This document shows positions 32,328-41,134 of a stretch of 41,334 nt of DNA, one piece after another. The stretch's first letter is position 1. Every line of letters begins with the position of its first letter. Location: the NCBI GenBank assembly GCA_964349165.1, contig CAYGFL010000001.1, positions 1-41,334 of the forward strand. The letters are read 5' to 3'. A model generated the notes under the pieces. It was not told the origin of the DNA. It saw nothing but the letters and a program-made list of their open reading frames with translations, and ran no database searches. This stretch comes from an uncultured Candidatus Saccharibacteria bacterium. Lineage in GTDB: Bacteria; Patescibacteriota; Minisyncoccia; Phycocordibacterales; PALSA-1337. Position numbers and translations under genes: made by a program.

Positions 32328-32371
32328 ATGAAGAAACGATGAAGAAGTTATGAAGAATCGATGAAGATTCG
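32328..32371. repeat. Four tandem 11-bp direct repeats ATGAAGAAnnn
   Basis: ATGAAGAAACG (32328), ATGAAGAAGTT (32339), ATGAAGAATCG (32350), ATGAAGATTCG (32361). Exact 11-bp phasing, non-coding position. Confidence 0.85.
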
Positions 32372-32426
32372 GTAAAAATGTAGTTATGCAATACAAAAAC
32401 CTATTATCACAAGAGCACTTTGTATG

Positions 32427-32990
32427 TTAGAAGAAAGATTTTTTCTCTATCTTAGCTTCAGGTACCTTCTTGTAATTCGGATTTTTGACTAGAGTAGGTT
32501 CACCATTACTATCAACCACATAGTACGCAGCTCCATGCAGTTTTCTAAATGGCTCATAGTCTGCATGCCCAGGCATGCTCACAGGATCTGCATCAGAGAA
32601 GTTCACAGGACTATCATCAGAAGTTACTAGCCAAGTTTTACCAGTGTTAATTGCTAGATGACCAGTATTTTTAGGTATATGTACGCTATCACCCGCCTTA
32701 ACTTTTATAGCTTCAAAACTTACTATTTCATCATCAGAAGATCCTCGTTCTTGAAGAATAATAATACCTTCACCATGCAATATGTTATAAGTCTCCTCTA
32801 GATCACCCACATGGTAGTGTCCGTAGGTTTTAATATATTCTCCTCCAATAGTTCCAGATTCCCATACTGTGATATTACTTTTGTCACTTCCACCACGGAT
32901 CATGTGATAGTGGATGTCAGGTCCACTAGCATCTGGATTCATCAGTACTTCTTTCATCTTCTCGTGAGTCCTCTCTGCATATGGTTTCAT
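32427..32990 (-). CDS. Cupin-type (archaeal-type) glucose-6-phosphate isomerase
   Basis: 187 aa. TYGHYHVGDLEETYNILHGEGIIILQ...VHIPKNTGHLAINTG, matching the cPGI TxGHxH...E metal-site pattern. Confidence 0.7.
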   Translation of the reverse strand: MKPYAERTHEKMKEVLMNPDASGPDIHYHMIRGGSDKSNITVWESGTIGGEYIKTYGHYHVGDLEETYNILHGEGIIILQERGSSDDEIVSFEAIKVKAGDSVHIPKNTGHLAINTGKTWLVTSDDSPVNFSDADPVSMPGHADYEPFRKLHGAAYYVVDSNGEPTLVKNPNYKKVPEAKIEKKSFF

Positions 32991-33018
32991 AATGCTATAA
33001 TAGTAGCATATTATTGAG

Positions 33019-33597
33019 ATGAAAAAGTTAATAAAAAAGAGACAGAAGAAAAATGGTTACGCTCTCCTCTACGATGTCATCATCATTGCCCTAGGCATTG
33101 CGATCGCGATTGTTCTGTCTAAAGCGGGGATAATAGATATGGCAGTTTCTAATCTCCGAGACTACTCCATCATCGCCAGTTTCGTAGCTGGTATCTTCTT
33201 CACGTCTACATTTACCATTGCCCCGGCTTCTGTCGCCATTATCCATCTAGCACAGAGTATCCCATTACCCATACTCGCATTCTGGGGATCACTCGGAGCT
33301 GTTTGTGGAGATCTGATTCTATTCTTTTTTATTCGTGACAGATTTGCAGTAGACTTAATGAATACCTTCAAGTCTTCTACCAGGAAACATTTCTTCCACT
33401 CCTTCCACTTTGGTTTTCTGAAATGGCTCTCACCCATAATAGGCGCGCTCATTATCGCCTCGCCACTACCAGATGAACTCGGACTATCACTTCTAGGTTT
33501 CTCAAAGATGAAAATAGCTGTACTGATCCCGATATCTCTCGCTATGAACTATCTTGGAATATATATCATCGTAGGATTTGCCAATCTCATTTCATAA
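33019..33597 (+). CDS. Hypothetical polytopic membrane protein
   Basis: 192 aa, about 5 hydrophobic segments, basic N-terminus MKKLIKKRQKK. No firm family assignment. Confidence 0.5.
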   Translation: MKKLIKKRQKKNGYALLYDVIIIALGIAIAIVLSKAGIIDMAVSNLRDYSIIASFVAGIFFTSTFTIAPASVAIIHLAQSIPLPILAFWGSLGAVCGDLILFFFIRDRFAVDLMNTFKSSTRKHFFHSFHFGFLKWLSPIIGALIIASPLPDELGLSLLGFSKMKIAVLIPISLAMNYLGIYIIVGFANLIS

Positions 33598-33612
33598 ACA
33601 TATAATGGAGGA

Positions 33613-34281
33613 ATGGAAACAACATCAAACACAAAGAGATTTTTCATGTGGGGAGGCTTCGTTGTAGTAGTAGGACTTATTATCTGGGGTCTAATAGCCG
33701 CTGAACAGAAGGCAAAAAGGGAGGAATCTGCACTAGTTCTGCCAGATCAGATAGTAGCAACAGATCATACGAAAGGCAGTGAGAATGCTCCGGTAACACT
33801 AGTAGAATATGGTGATTTTCAATGTCCTGCATGTGCTACATATTATCCAATAGTTGAAAGGGTTATAGCAGAAGAAGGCGGAGATAAAGTGCGTTTTGTC
33901 TTCAGACACTTCCCACTAGCTCAACATGCGAATGCAATGCCTGCAGGTATGGCATCAGAAGCGGCCGGGGCTCAAGGAAAGTTCTGGGAGATGTACAGCA
34001 TACTCTATGAAAAGCAAAGAGATTGGGAGAATGCAAAAGATTCAAAGATAATTTTCACTAAATATGCAGAGGATCTTGGATTGGATATGGTAAAGTTCGC
34101 AGAGGATTTCGAATCTCAGTATCTGAAGGACAGAATTAACAATGATTACAAAGGAGGAGCGAAAGGAGGTGTAAACTCGACACCAACATTCTTCGTGAAT
34201 GGTAAGAAGATAGATAGTCCAGCAAATTATGATGCATTTAAAAAAATTATTGACGACGCCATTCCAAAGATCAGTCTCTAA
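33613..34281 (+). CDS. DsbA-family thiol:disulfide oxidoreductase (membrane-anchored)
   Basis: N-terminal TM. YGDFQCPACATYYP CxxC motif. FRHFPL, FWEMYSILYEKQ, VNSTPTFFVNG. Confidence 0.85.
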   Translation: METTSNTKRFFMWGGFVVVVGLIIWGLIAAEQKAKREESALVLPDQIVATDHTKGSENAPVTLVEYGDFQCPACATYYPIVERVIAEEGGDKVRFVFRHFPLAQHANAMPAGMASEAAGAQGKFWEMYSILYEKQRDWENAKDSKIIFTKYAEDLGLDMVKFAEDFESQYLKDRINNDYKGGAKGGVNSTPTFFVNGKKIDSPANYDAFKKIIDDAIPKISL

Positions 34282-34696
34282 GGGACTCATAGTACTACTT
34301 TTTGTCGTAGCTATTATTGGCTTTGTCGATGCGAGCTATCTCACAGTAGAACATTATGCAAACAAGATTCCACCATGCTCTACAGATGGCTGTGAGACCG
34401 TTCTCACTAGTGAATACTCAAAAGTCTTCGGAGTGCCTGTTGCTCTAGGGGGTGCTGTGTATTATCTAGCTATAATTGCGCTACTCATGGTGTATCTAGA
34501 TACAAAAAAAGAAGTATTTCTAAGGGGAGCACTACTATTCACAACTGTAGGATTTATTTCTTCTCTATATTTCCTCATTCTTCAAGCATTCGTCATAAAA
34601 GCATATTGTCAGTATTGTCTGGTCTCTGCTCTGACTTCCACTATCCTCTTTGTGACTTCATTGGTGATTTTTAAAAAATATAAAAATCTAATATGA
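34229..34696 (+). CDS. Vitamin K epoxide reductase (VKOR)-family membrane protein
   Basis: CSTDGCETVLTSEYSKVFGVPVALGGAVYY (loop Cys pair plus Ser) and CQYC in the last TM. The start is uncertain: as drawn it overlaps dsbA by 53 nt. Confidence 0.8.
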   Translation: MMHLKKLLTTPFQRSVSKGLIVLLFVVAIIGFVDASYLTVEHYANKIPPCSTDGCETVLTSEYSKVFGVPVALGGAVYYLAIIALLMVYLDTKKEVFLRGALLFTTVGFISSLYFLILQAFVIKAYCQYCLVSALTSTILFVTSLVIFKKYKNLI

Positions 34697-35568
34697 GTCA
34701 ATCCAGTATTTTAATTACGAAACCATCAGAAGATTACGAACTTCTAGACTCTGGAGAAGGGGAGAAGCTTGAGCGTTTCGGTAATGTTGTTCTGTCGCGT
34801 CCAGATCCGCAGGCGCTGTGGCGTAAACATCTCTCTTTAGATGAGTGGAAAAAAGCTGATGCTGTATTTTCGCGTGATGGACAGAATGGTTCTTGGAATA
34901 TGAAAGAAGGAACTCCAGAAAAATGGAATATCGAATTCGGTGGGTTGAAATTTACTATCAAACCAACAGCGTTTAAACATACAGGCATATTCCCTGAACA
35001 ATTTGTGAATTGGGAGTGGTTGAAAAGGGTATTGCAGAATAATGATAAAAAAGATATAGAAATTCTTAACCTTTTCGGCTATACAGGTGGCGCGTCACTC
35101 ATATGTGCACAGGCAGGAGCGAAAGTGGTACACGTAGATAGTTCAAATTCAGCAATTAATTGGGCAAAGGAGAATGCTGAGATATCTGGTTTGGCTGGTA
35201 AGCCGATACGCTGGATACTAGATGATGCAAGGGTATTTGTAGAAAGGGAAATAAAGAGAGGGAGGAAATACGATGGAATAATAATGGATCCTCCCGCTTT
35301 TGGTCATGGGACGAAGAAGGAACTCTGGAAAATAGAAGAAGATCTTCTTTCCCTAGTGGAAAATTCTATGAAAATACTTAGCGATACTCCATTATTCTTT
35401 TTAATAAACGGATATTCTGCTGGATATTCTGCAGTGGGTTACAGAAATATGTTATTAATTCTTGAAAAGAAGTTCGGGGGAAAGGTGGAAATAGGGGAGT
35501 TGGTAATAGAGGAGAGTGGATCTGATAGATTGTTACCTGCTGGTATTTTCGCAAGGTGGGAGAAGTAG
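34693..35568 (+). CDS. Class I SAM-dependent (rRNA) methyltransferase, RlmI/RlmK-like (PF10672-like)
   Basis: LLDSGEGEKLERFG...RPDPQALW...ILNLFGYTGGASLICAQAGAKVVHVDSS...IIMDPPAFG. ATGA overlap with the VKOR stop codon. Confidence 0.65.
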   Translation: MSQSSILITKPSEDYELLDSGEGEKLERFGNVVLSRPDPQALWRKHLSLDEWKKADAVFSRDGQNGSWNMKEGTPEKWNIEFGGLKFTIKPTAFKHTGIFPEQFVNWEWLKRVLQNNDKKDIEILNLFGYTGGASLICAQAGAKVVHVDSSNSAINWAKENAEISGLAGKPIRWILDDARVFVEREIKRGRKYDGIIMDPPAFGHGTKKELWKIEEDLLSLVENSMKILSDTPLFFLINGYSAGYSAVGYRNMLLILEKKFGGKVEIGELVIEESGSDRLLPAGIFARWEK

Positions 35569-35636
35569 GTGTGTACAACTCACTTATATATGTAGTGTAT
35601 AATTCACCTAGAATTATTATACTTAATATTTTTATT

Positions 35637-36419
35637 ATGAAACATAATGTGACTGTTATAGCATTACTTTTAGTTATAGGCTTTACTATTCCCACTATCG
35701 TACAAGAGATCGGTAACCTGGGTATAGAATCTAACACTGATCTTATTGCGTCAGTGATTCCTGTTGATCAATCTGCCGCAATACATCTGGTATCGTACAC
35801 AGGTTTTTTCTCGACTGCACACACATGTAAAGCTGGGCAAGATGAGTGTGTACCCATGTCGCGAACCGAGAATGATAGATATAATTTCGATACTCGAAGC
35901 GGCGTTACTACCGATAGCTATACTTCCACAACTATCTATAAAGACTCCACATGTACAATGACCGCTGGATATTCCTCTGGTGCGACTATAGATCCATACA
36001 AATACACTCAAAAGTGTACTCAAAATGGTAAGACAACAGAATCTTCTGGAACCGCTCCTGGTTGGCCAGCCCTGTTTAACCCAGAACAACACATTGGTTC
36101 TTATAAATACGAATCTGAAGGGGTCTCGATAAATATAAATGAGAATGCCTCTAGTATGTTAAGTTATGATACCAGAAAGTTCTATCCCAATCGGCCAGTA
36201 TATATCAAAATTCCAGTAGAAGCATACTCATTGATTCCTGGAGCTGGAGCTATATCATGTGGAAGCATTTCTATTGCAGGTATCAAGGCAGATTCCAACT
36301 GTATAGTGACGATCACGGTTCAATCTGGAGTAGCGGGAGGTAGCATGAATGTGACCCCCAGTGTGATGTCAACCAATTATTTTGGATATTTCCTAAGCAC
36401 TCCATCCATACATCAGTAA
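35637..36419 (+). CDS. Hypothetical secreted/anchored Cys- and Ser/Thr-rich protein
   Basis: 260 aa from the ATG at 35637. Signal-anchor VTVIALLLVIGFTIPTIV. 8 Cys. T/S-rich stretches (GVTTDSYTSTTIY). Confidence 0.5.
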   Translation: MKHNVTVIALLLVIGFTIPTIVQEIGNLGIESNTDLIASVIPVDQSAAIHLVSYTGFFSTAHTCKAGQDECVPMSRTENDRYNFDTRSGVTTDSYTSTTIYKDSTCTMTAGYSSGATIDPYKYTQKCTQNGKTTESSGTAPGWPALFNPEQHIGSYKYESEGVSININENASSMLSYDTRKFYPNRPVYIKIPVEAYSLIPGAGAISCGSISIAGIKADSNCIVTITVQSGVAGGSMNVTPSVMSTNYFGYFLSTPSIHQ

Positions 36420-36457
36420 GATGATCAGTAAAATATAGAGTGTAGAACGAGATGATG

Positions 36458-36463
36458 TATAAT
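36458..36463 (+). promoter_or_regulatory. Consensus -10 hexamer 7 nt upstream of the PMT start codon (leaderless-type arrangement)
   Basis: TATAAT (36458-36463), then attcagg, then ATG (36471). Confidence 0.4.
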
Positions 36464-36470
36464 ATTCAGG

Positions 36471-37787
36471 ATGAAAACACTATTTCTACTTGCAACGATT
36501 AGCATCATCACCCACATCCCGTTTTTCGGTCAACCTTCTGCTGTAGTATTCGATGAGGTATACATGGGTAGTTTCGTCAGTAGCTATGAGAGTGGTAAAT
36601 ATTATTTCGATATTCATCCTCCTTTTGCAAAACTCGTCACGAAGTTCTTCGGTGATATAGTCGGAGTGCCATATAACGTAGATTTTGGGACAATAGGGAA
36701 TGCCTTACCATCAGACATAATCATCCTACGCCTTTTGCCACTTATCGCTGGTATTCTATTGCCTCTAGTTATATATGGTATATGTAGAAAATTAAATTTT
36801 TCTAAATTATTATCTTTCACGGCTGGAGCTCTATTATGTCTAGAAAACTCTCTCGTCATCCAATCTAGATTCATACTTTTCGACAGTTGGCTGTTACTCT
36901 GTGGTTTCTCTGCTGTTTTGCTTTATCTTTTTTATATTAAGAATGAATCAAAGAAATCTTTACTCGTTCTATCTGCCCTACTTGCATCCTGCGCTTTCAG
37001 TATTAAATGGACAGGATTAGCTTTTCCCTTACTTATCATGATCGCAGAGTTAGTAAGGACTAGATATATAGTCAAAGTTCTGAAGTTCTTTGCAGTATAC
37101 GCTATCATCGGTCTCGCTTTCTATATGAGCATCTTTGCAATACATTTTGCATATCTCACACATTCTGGACCGGGAGACCCTTTTATGACCGATAGATTTC
37201 AGAAAACTCTAATCGGCAGTCAATATGAAAATAGTGATTTGGTGCCGAAGGGATTTTTTGGAAAGTTTATAGAATTAAATGTAGAAATGTATGAGGCGAA
37301 TAAGACTCTCACTGCCACGCATTCATACTCTAGTCCTTGGTATTCGTGGCCTCTGATGACTAGATCTGTATTTTATTGGCAAGGAGTACAAACCGAAGAA
37401 GGAAGTTCATATATATACTTGCTAGGTAACCCTCTTATATACTTGCTTGGCACTCTATCTATATTATTACTAGCTTGGCAGGCGTTGATCAAAAAAGATC
37501 GCAACAAGGTTTTGCTATTTATCCTCACCGGATTTCTAGTTAATTTTCTACCTTTTATGTTTATTGGTAGGGTGATGTTCCTCTATCATTATGAAGCGGC
37601 ACTCATTTTTAGTATTATAGCTTTGTGCTATGTCATACAACACCATATACATCACAAGGTAATTACTATTTATATTTTCCTTATGTTAAGTCTTACTCTG
37701 TTCATATTCTTTAGTCCGCTCACATACGGCAGAAATCTGACAGATGGTGAGTTATCGGCTAGAATGTGGTTAAAAGGATGGAGATAG
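36471..37787 (+). CDS. GT39 protein O-mannosyltransferase (PMT-family, polyprenol-phosphate-sugar dependent)
   Basis: VVFDEVYMGSFVSSYESGKYYFDIHPPFAKL (PMT loop-1 DE motif and HPP motif), multiple TMs, SSPWYSWPLM. Confidence 0.85.
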   Translation: MKTLFLLATISIITHIPFFGQPSAVVFDEVYMGSFVSSYESGKYYFDIHPPFAKLVTKFFGDIVGVPYNVDFGTIGNALPSDIIILRLLPLIAGILLPLVIYGICRKLNFSKLLSFTAGALLCLENSLVIQSRFILFDSWLLLCGFSAVLLYLFYIKNESKKSLLVLSALLASCAFSIKWTGLAFPLLIMIAELVRTRYIVKVLKFFAVYAIIGLAFYMSIFAIHFAYLTHSGPGDPFMTDRFQKTLIGSQYENSDLVPKGFFGKFIELNVEMYEANKTLTATHSYSSPWYSWPLMTRSVFYWQGVQTEEGSSYIYLLGNPLIYLLGTLSILLLAWQALIKKDRNKVLLFILTGFLVNFLPFMFIGRVMFLYHYEAALIFSIIALCYVIQHHIHHKVITIYIFLMLSLTLFIFFSPLTYGRNLTDGELSARMWLKGWR

Positions 37788-37789
37788 CT

Positions 37790-38470
37790 ATGAAGCCACA
37801 ACTTTCAATCATCATTCCAGCATACAATGAAGCTCTGCGCATAGGAGAGACTCTGATTGCTATTACTAACTATATAAAAGATATTACTTACGAAATAATC
37901 GTAGTGGACGATGGTTCAACAGACAATACCATAAAAGTTTTGGAAAAGTACGATGTGAAGATACTTAAAAATGAGCAGAATATGGGAAAAGGGTACTCGG
38001 TCAAGAGAGGAATGCTCGAGGCAAGAGGGGATTATAGACTTTTCATGGACGCAGATCACTCGGTGAAGATAGATAATCTCGAAAGGTTCATGGGATATAT
38101 GAAAAATTGTGCGGATATTGTCATAGCTTCTATAGAAGTGCCTGGAGCTACTATACAAGATGATAATCATGGGTATCGTAGGATATTCGGCAGATTGGCA
38201 AAATGGCTAATAAGAAAGGTAGCCACTCCTGGTATATATGACACCCAGAGGGGATTCAAACTCTTCACGGCAAAATCCGCAAACATCATATTTCCATTAC
38301 AGAGGATATATAGATGGGGATTTGATATAGATATTTTGTCTATCGCACAGAAAAATGGATTAAATATAAAAGAAGTGCCTGTGGAATGGGTAAATAGTAA
38401 AGCATCCTCGGTTACTCTATCATCTTATTTTTTTACTCTCTATGAGTTGGTGAAAATTAAGTGGGGATAA
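37790..38470 (+). CDS. GT2 polyprenol/dolichol-phosphate hexose synthase (Dpm1/Alg5/Ppm1-like)
   Basis: LSIIIPAYNEA...IIVVDDGSTDNT...GKGYSVKRGM...FMDADHS...QRGFKLF. The ATG lies 3 nt after the PMT stop. Confidence 0.8.
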   Translation: MKPQLSIIIPAYNEALRIGETLIAITNYIKDITYEIIVVDDGSTDNTIKVLEKYDVKILKNEQNMGKGYSVKRGMLEARGDYRLFMDADHSVKIDNLERFMGYMKNCADIVIASIEVPGATIQDDNHGYRRIFGRLAKWLIRKVATPGIYDTQRGFKLFTAKSANIIFPLQRIYRWGFDIDILSIAQKNGLNIKEVPVEWVNSKASSVTLSSYFFTLYELVKIKWG

Positions 38471-38541
38471 CCACTCTACCCCCCCCTGTAAAAATGTTAC
38501 TATATTAGGTAGTTACTTTATTTACTTATTAAATTTATATA

Positions 38542-40965
38542 ATGAAAAAACTTATTGTTGGGTTTGCGGTTGCTTTATCTCTAGTTGTTTTGCCACAGGT
38601 GGTGGGGGCACAGGCTACCACAACTCCTGCTATTTCTGTCACCAATCAGAGTTCCTCAGTTTCCATAATCGATAATGGTACCCAACAACCCAATAAAGCA
38701 GTTTTGACTTTTAACTTTACCACTAGTAATACCGGAAGCCGTGATATATTTATTTCAAAAAATGCCAGTATAGCTCTAGCTACCAGCACAGAAGGCATTT
38801 CAGCTAGTCTAACTTCGTCTCTGACCACTGTACAACCATCATCTCAAGTAGGAGACACATTTAGTGTTTGGATTATTACTCCAGGGTCATCAAGAACATT
38901 CTCATATACAGGTATAATGGGACCACCGATATTCAGTGGTCTTTATAGGACTGCAATTACAAAAATTTATTATTCAGATAGTTCATCAGATCTACGCAAG
39001 TTTAATGTTGATGGTGACAGTCCAGGGTTAACACGATTAACTTCTCCTGCTGTTAATTTAGAGGGCTCTAATCCTACCCCGGTTACTATTATCACTGTCT
39101 CCTCCCCCAACGGCTCCGAAAAATGGATCCAGACAACTACCCAAGACATAAAATGGTCTACATCAAATATTCCTGTGGGACATCCGATAAGTATTGAGGC
39201 TAAAGGTTATGGAACATTCTCTGTTATAGGTGAAAGTGGCTTGAGACAGACTGTGACAGAAAAAGATTTTACGATAGGAACATTTGCAAATCAGCAGAAT
39301 GGAGGAACTATAAAATATCGCGTCAATCTACCATTAGGAACATATAAACTAGTAGCAAAAGCTAGTGTAAATGGAGTGAATGTGAACGATATGAGCGACA
39401 ACACATTTACTGTTATGACTTCTGTTTCTCCTTCGCCGACAATAGTGCCACAACCGACAAATGCGACGAGTACGGCGACTAATTTATGCTACACATTCAC
39501 TCAATATTTTGGATTAGGTAGTACAGGACGAGATGTTGTAGCTCTACAGAAGCTTCTAACAAGTAAAGGATTCTTAAGACTTCCTTCTGGAGTAGAGCAA
39601 GCATATTTCGGAACAACCACAAAAATGGCTGTAATTTCATATCAGACCAGTGTGGGACTACCAGCGACAGGATATGTCGGACCGATTACTGTTCCAAGAC
39701 TTAATGCAGAATGCTCTAACCCCTCCAGAAACTATCCTTCTATTTCAAATGTTATTATTGCTTTTGGAAAGAATCCAACGACTGAAATAACAAAGGGAAA
39801 GGACTATGTAATTAGTTGGAATGAATCGTTTGTAAAAGAATCTGTAAATGTTTACCTCAAGAGACTTATTGGAAATGTGTGGACCACAGAAATCACCATC
39901 GCTACAGTCAACCCTGTCGGCACTGGAGAAAAGGGACAGTCAGTCGTCTGGAGCGTACCAACAGACTTAAAGGTGTTTGATACTAGGTATAAAATATATG
40001 TAGAAACTATTGGTGCAGGTGGTCAACCACCAGAAATCAGATTTGTAACCGCAACCACCACGCCACCAAGCATTCCTTTCATCTCATTATTCTCTCCAAC
40101 TCCAGGTCAAAAATTCACACCAGGTTCAGTTGTTCCTATACGCTGGACAAGTAATTTATCCGGAGGAGTATCTGTAGATGTGATGACCGCAGATGAAACT
40201 AGAACTCTAATATCCACTTCTCTAATCGGTAATCCAGGAACATATAACTTCACACTTCCATCAACTACTTCATATGGTTTATATATAGCAAGAGTGCGAG
40301 GTATTGGAGGGCTAGTGTCTGCAGTCTCATTTACTGTAGGGCCACTTCCAATTATAGAGAATGTCGCTTGCCCCTCAGGCTACACCTGTACCGCAGGTAA
40401 CACAGCTCCATCTTGTCCATCAGGATACAATTGTGTCACCCAGACATATAACTGTCCTAAAGGATACACCTGTATGACATCTACCAAGATAGTAAACCCT
40501 GAACCATCATACTCTCCATCACCTAGTACCTACACCACCCCTAGTGTCTCTCCTTCACCTACACAATCTACCACCGCAACCCCATCACCGACTACATCTT
40601 CTACACCAACTCCATCGACTTCTGTAGCCCCAGCATCTGTTACTCTCACTTCAAACAAGACAACCAATGAAGCGGGAAAAGCCGTAGTGTTGACTTGGTC
40701 ATCAAGTAATACTGTGAGCTGTTCTAGTAACTGGAGTTCCAATATAGGCACATCTGGTACCGCTACTCTGTATCCAACAGCTTCTATAACATACAGTCTA
40801 ACTTGTAAAGATTCAGCACAGACTTCGACTACCAAGACTGTGTACGTGCAAGTTCAATCTGCACCAGCATCATCATCTTCACCACGAGCTAGCGCGACAT
40901 ACGGCACCAACTTTCTAGCCAACGTCTTCTACTCAATAGGGGATCTATTGGATGCGGTGTTCTAA
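38542..40965 (+). CDS. Large secreted surface protein: signal peptide, Ig-like modules, PG_binding_1 domain, CPxGYxC repeats, S/T/P-rich linker
   Basis: 807 aa. MKKLIVGFAVALSLVVLPQVVGAQA. GRDVVALQKLLTSKGF...VISYQTSVGLPATGYVGPIT. CPSGYTC/CPSGYNC/CPKGYTC. SPSPSTYTTPSVSPSPTQSTTATPSPTTSSTPTPSTS. Confidence 0.8.
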   Translation: MKKLIVGFAVALSLVVLPQVVGAQATTTPAISVTNQSSSVSIIDNGTQQPNKAVLTFNFTTSNTGSRDIFISKNASIALATSTEGISASLTSSLTTVQPSSQVGDTFSVWIITPGSSRTFSYTGIMGPPIFSGLYRTAITKIYYSDSSSDLRKFNVDGDSPGLTRLTSPAVNLEGSNPTPVTIITVSSPNGSEKWIQTTTQDIKWSTSNIPVGHPISIEAKGYGTFSVIGESGLRQTVTEKDFTIGTFANQQNGGTIKYRVNLPLGTYKLVAKASVNGVNVNDMSDNTFTVMTSVSPSPTIVPQPTNATSTATNLCYTFTQYFGLGSTGRDVVALQKLLTSKGFLRLPSGVEQAYFGTTTKMAVISYQTSVGLPATGYVGPITVPRLNAECSNPSRNYPSISNVIIAFGKNPTTEITKGKDYVISWNESFVKESVNVYLKRLIGNVWTTEITIATVNPVGTGEKGQSVVWSVPTDLKVFDTRYKIYVETIGAGGQPPEIRFVTATTTPPSIPFISLFSPTPGQKFTPGSVVPIRWTSNLSGGVSVDVMTADETRTLISTSLIGNPGTYNFTLPSTTSYGLYIARVRGIGGLVSAVSFTVGPLPIIENVACPSGYTCTAGNTAPSCPSGYNCVTQTYNCPKGYTCMTSTKIVNPEPSYSPSPSTYTTPSVSPSPTQSTTATPSPTTSSTPTPSTSVAPASVTLTSNKTTNEAGKAVVLTWSSSNTVSCSSNWSSNIGTSGTATLYPTASITYSLTCKDSAQTSTTKTVYVQVQSAPASSSSPRASATYGTNFLANVFYSIGDLLDAVF

Positions 40966-40971
40966 TTAAAT

Positions 40972-41000
40972 TTGACTTTATTTATCTAGCTTGCTAGTAT
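40972..41000 (+). promoter_or_regulatory. Putative promoter upstream of tuf
   Basis: TTGACT (40972-40977), 17-nt spacer, TAGTAT (40995-41000). Confidence 0.4.
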
Positions 41001-41134
41001 AGCTATTACGCAGTTTTCTTGCGTTGGTGTTTAGTTATTATCCACACTTTATTTATTAACATAATTTATCTTTGGTTTTGCGAGATATGAACTCTTCACG
41101 CTCGTATCTAGCGAAGTCAAAGCACTAAAATCAT

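Noticed and set aside
32328-32371. CRISPR array or minisatellite-encoded peptide.
   Set aside because: The units are 11 bp with 3-nt variable parts (no spacers), there are only four copies, no cas genes are in the window, and the period is not a multiple of three.
32197-32391. 64-aa ORF on the minus strand covering the tRNA-like element and the 11-bp repeats.
   Set aside because: It overlaps a well-folded tRNA-like structure and a non-triplet tandem repeat, and has no motif or RBS. It is most likely spurious.
32217-32426. Full-length tmRNA (ssrA) ending at 32217.
   Set aside because: Only about 210 nt are available before the cupin PGI gene. Both acceptor strands are within 68 nt of each other, and there is no candidate resume codon, tag ORF or pseudoknot region. 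It was kept only as a TLD-like element.
41046-41054. Perfect DnaA box TTATCCACA in the tuf leader, considered as a possible replication origin.
   Set aside because: It is a single box, with no cluster of boxes, no AT-rich unwinding element and no dnaA/dnaN neighbourhood. It is not enough to call oriC. It is mentioned only as a possible target for the sigma/DnaA-C fusion.
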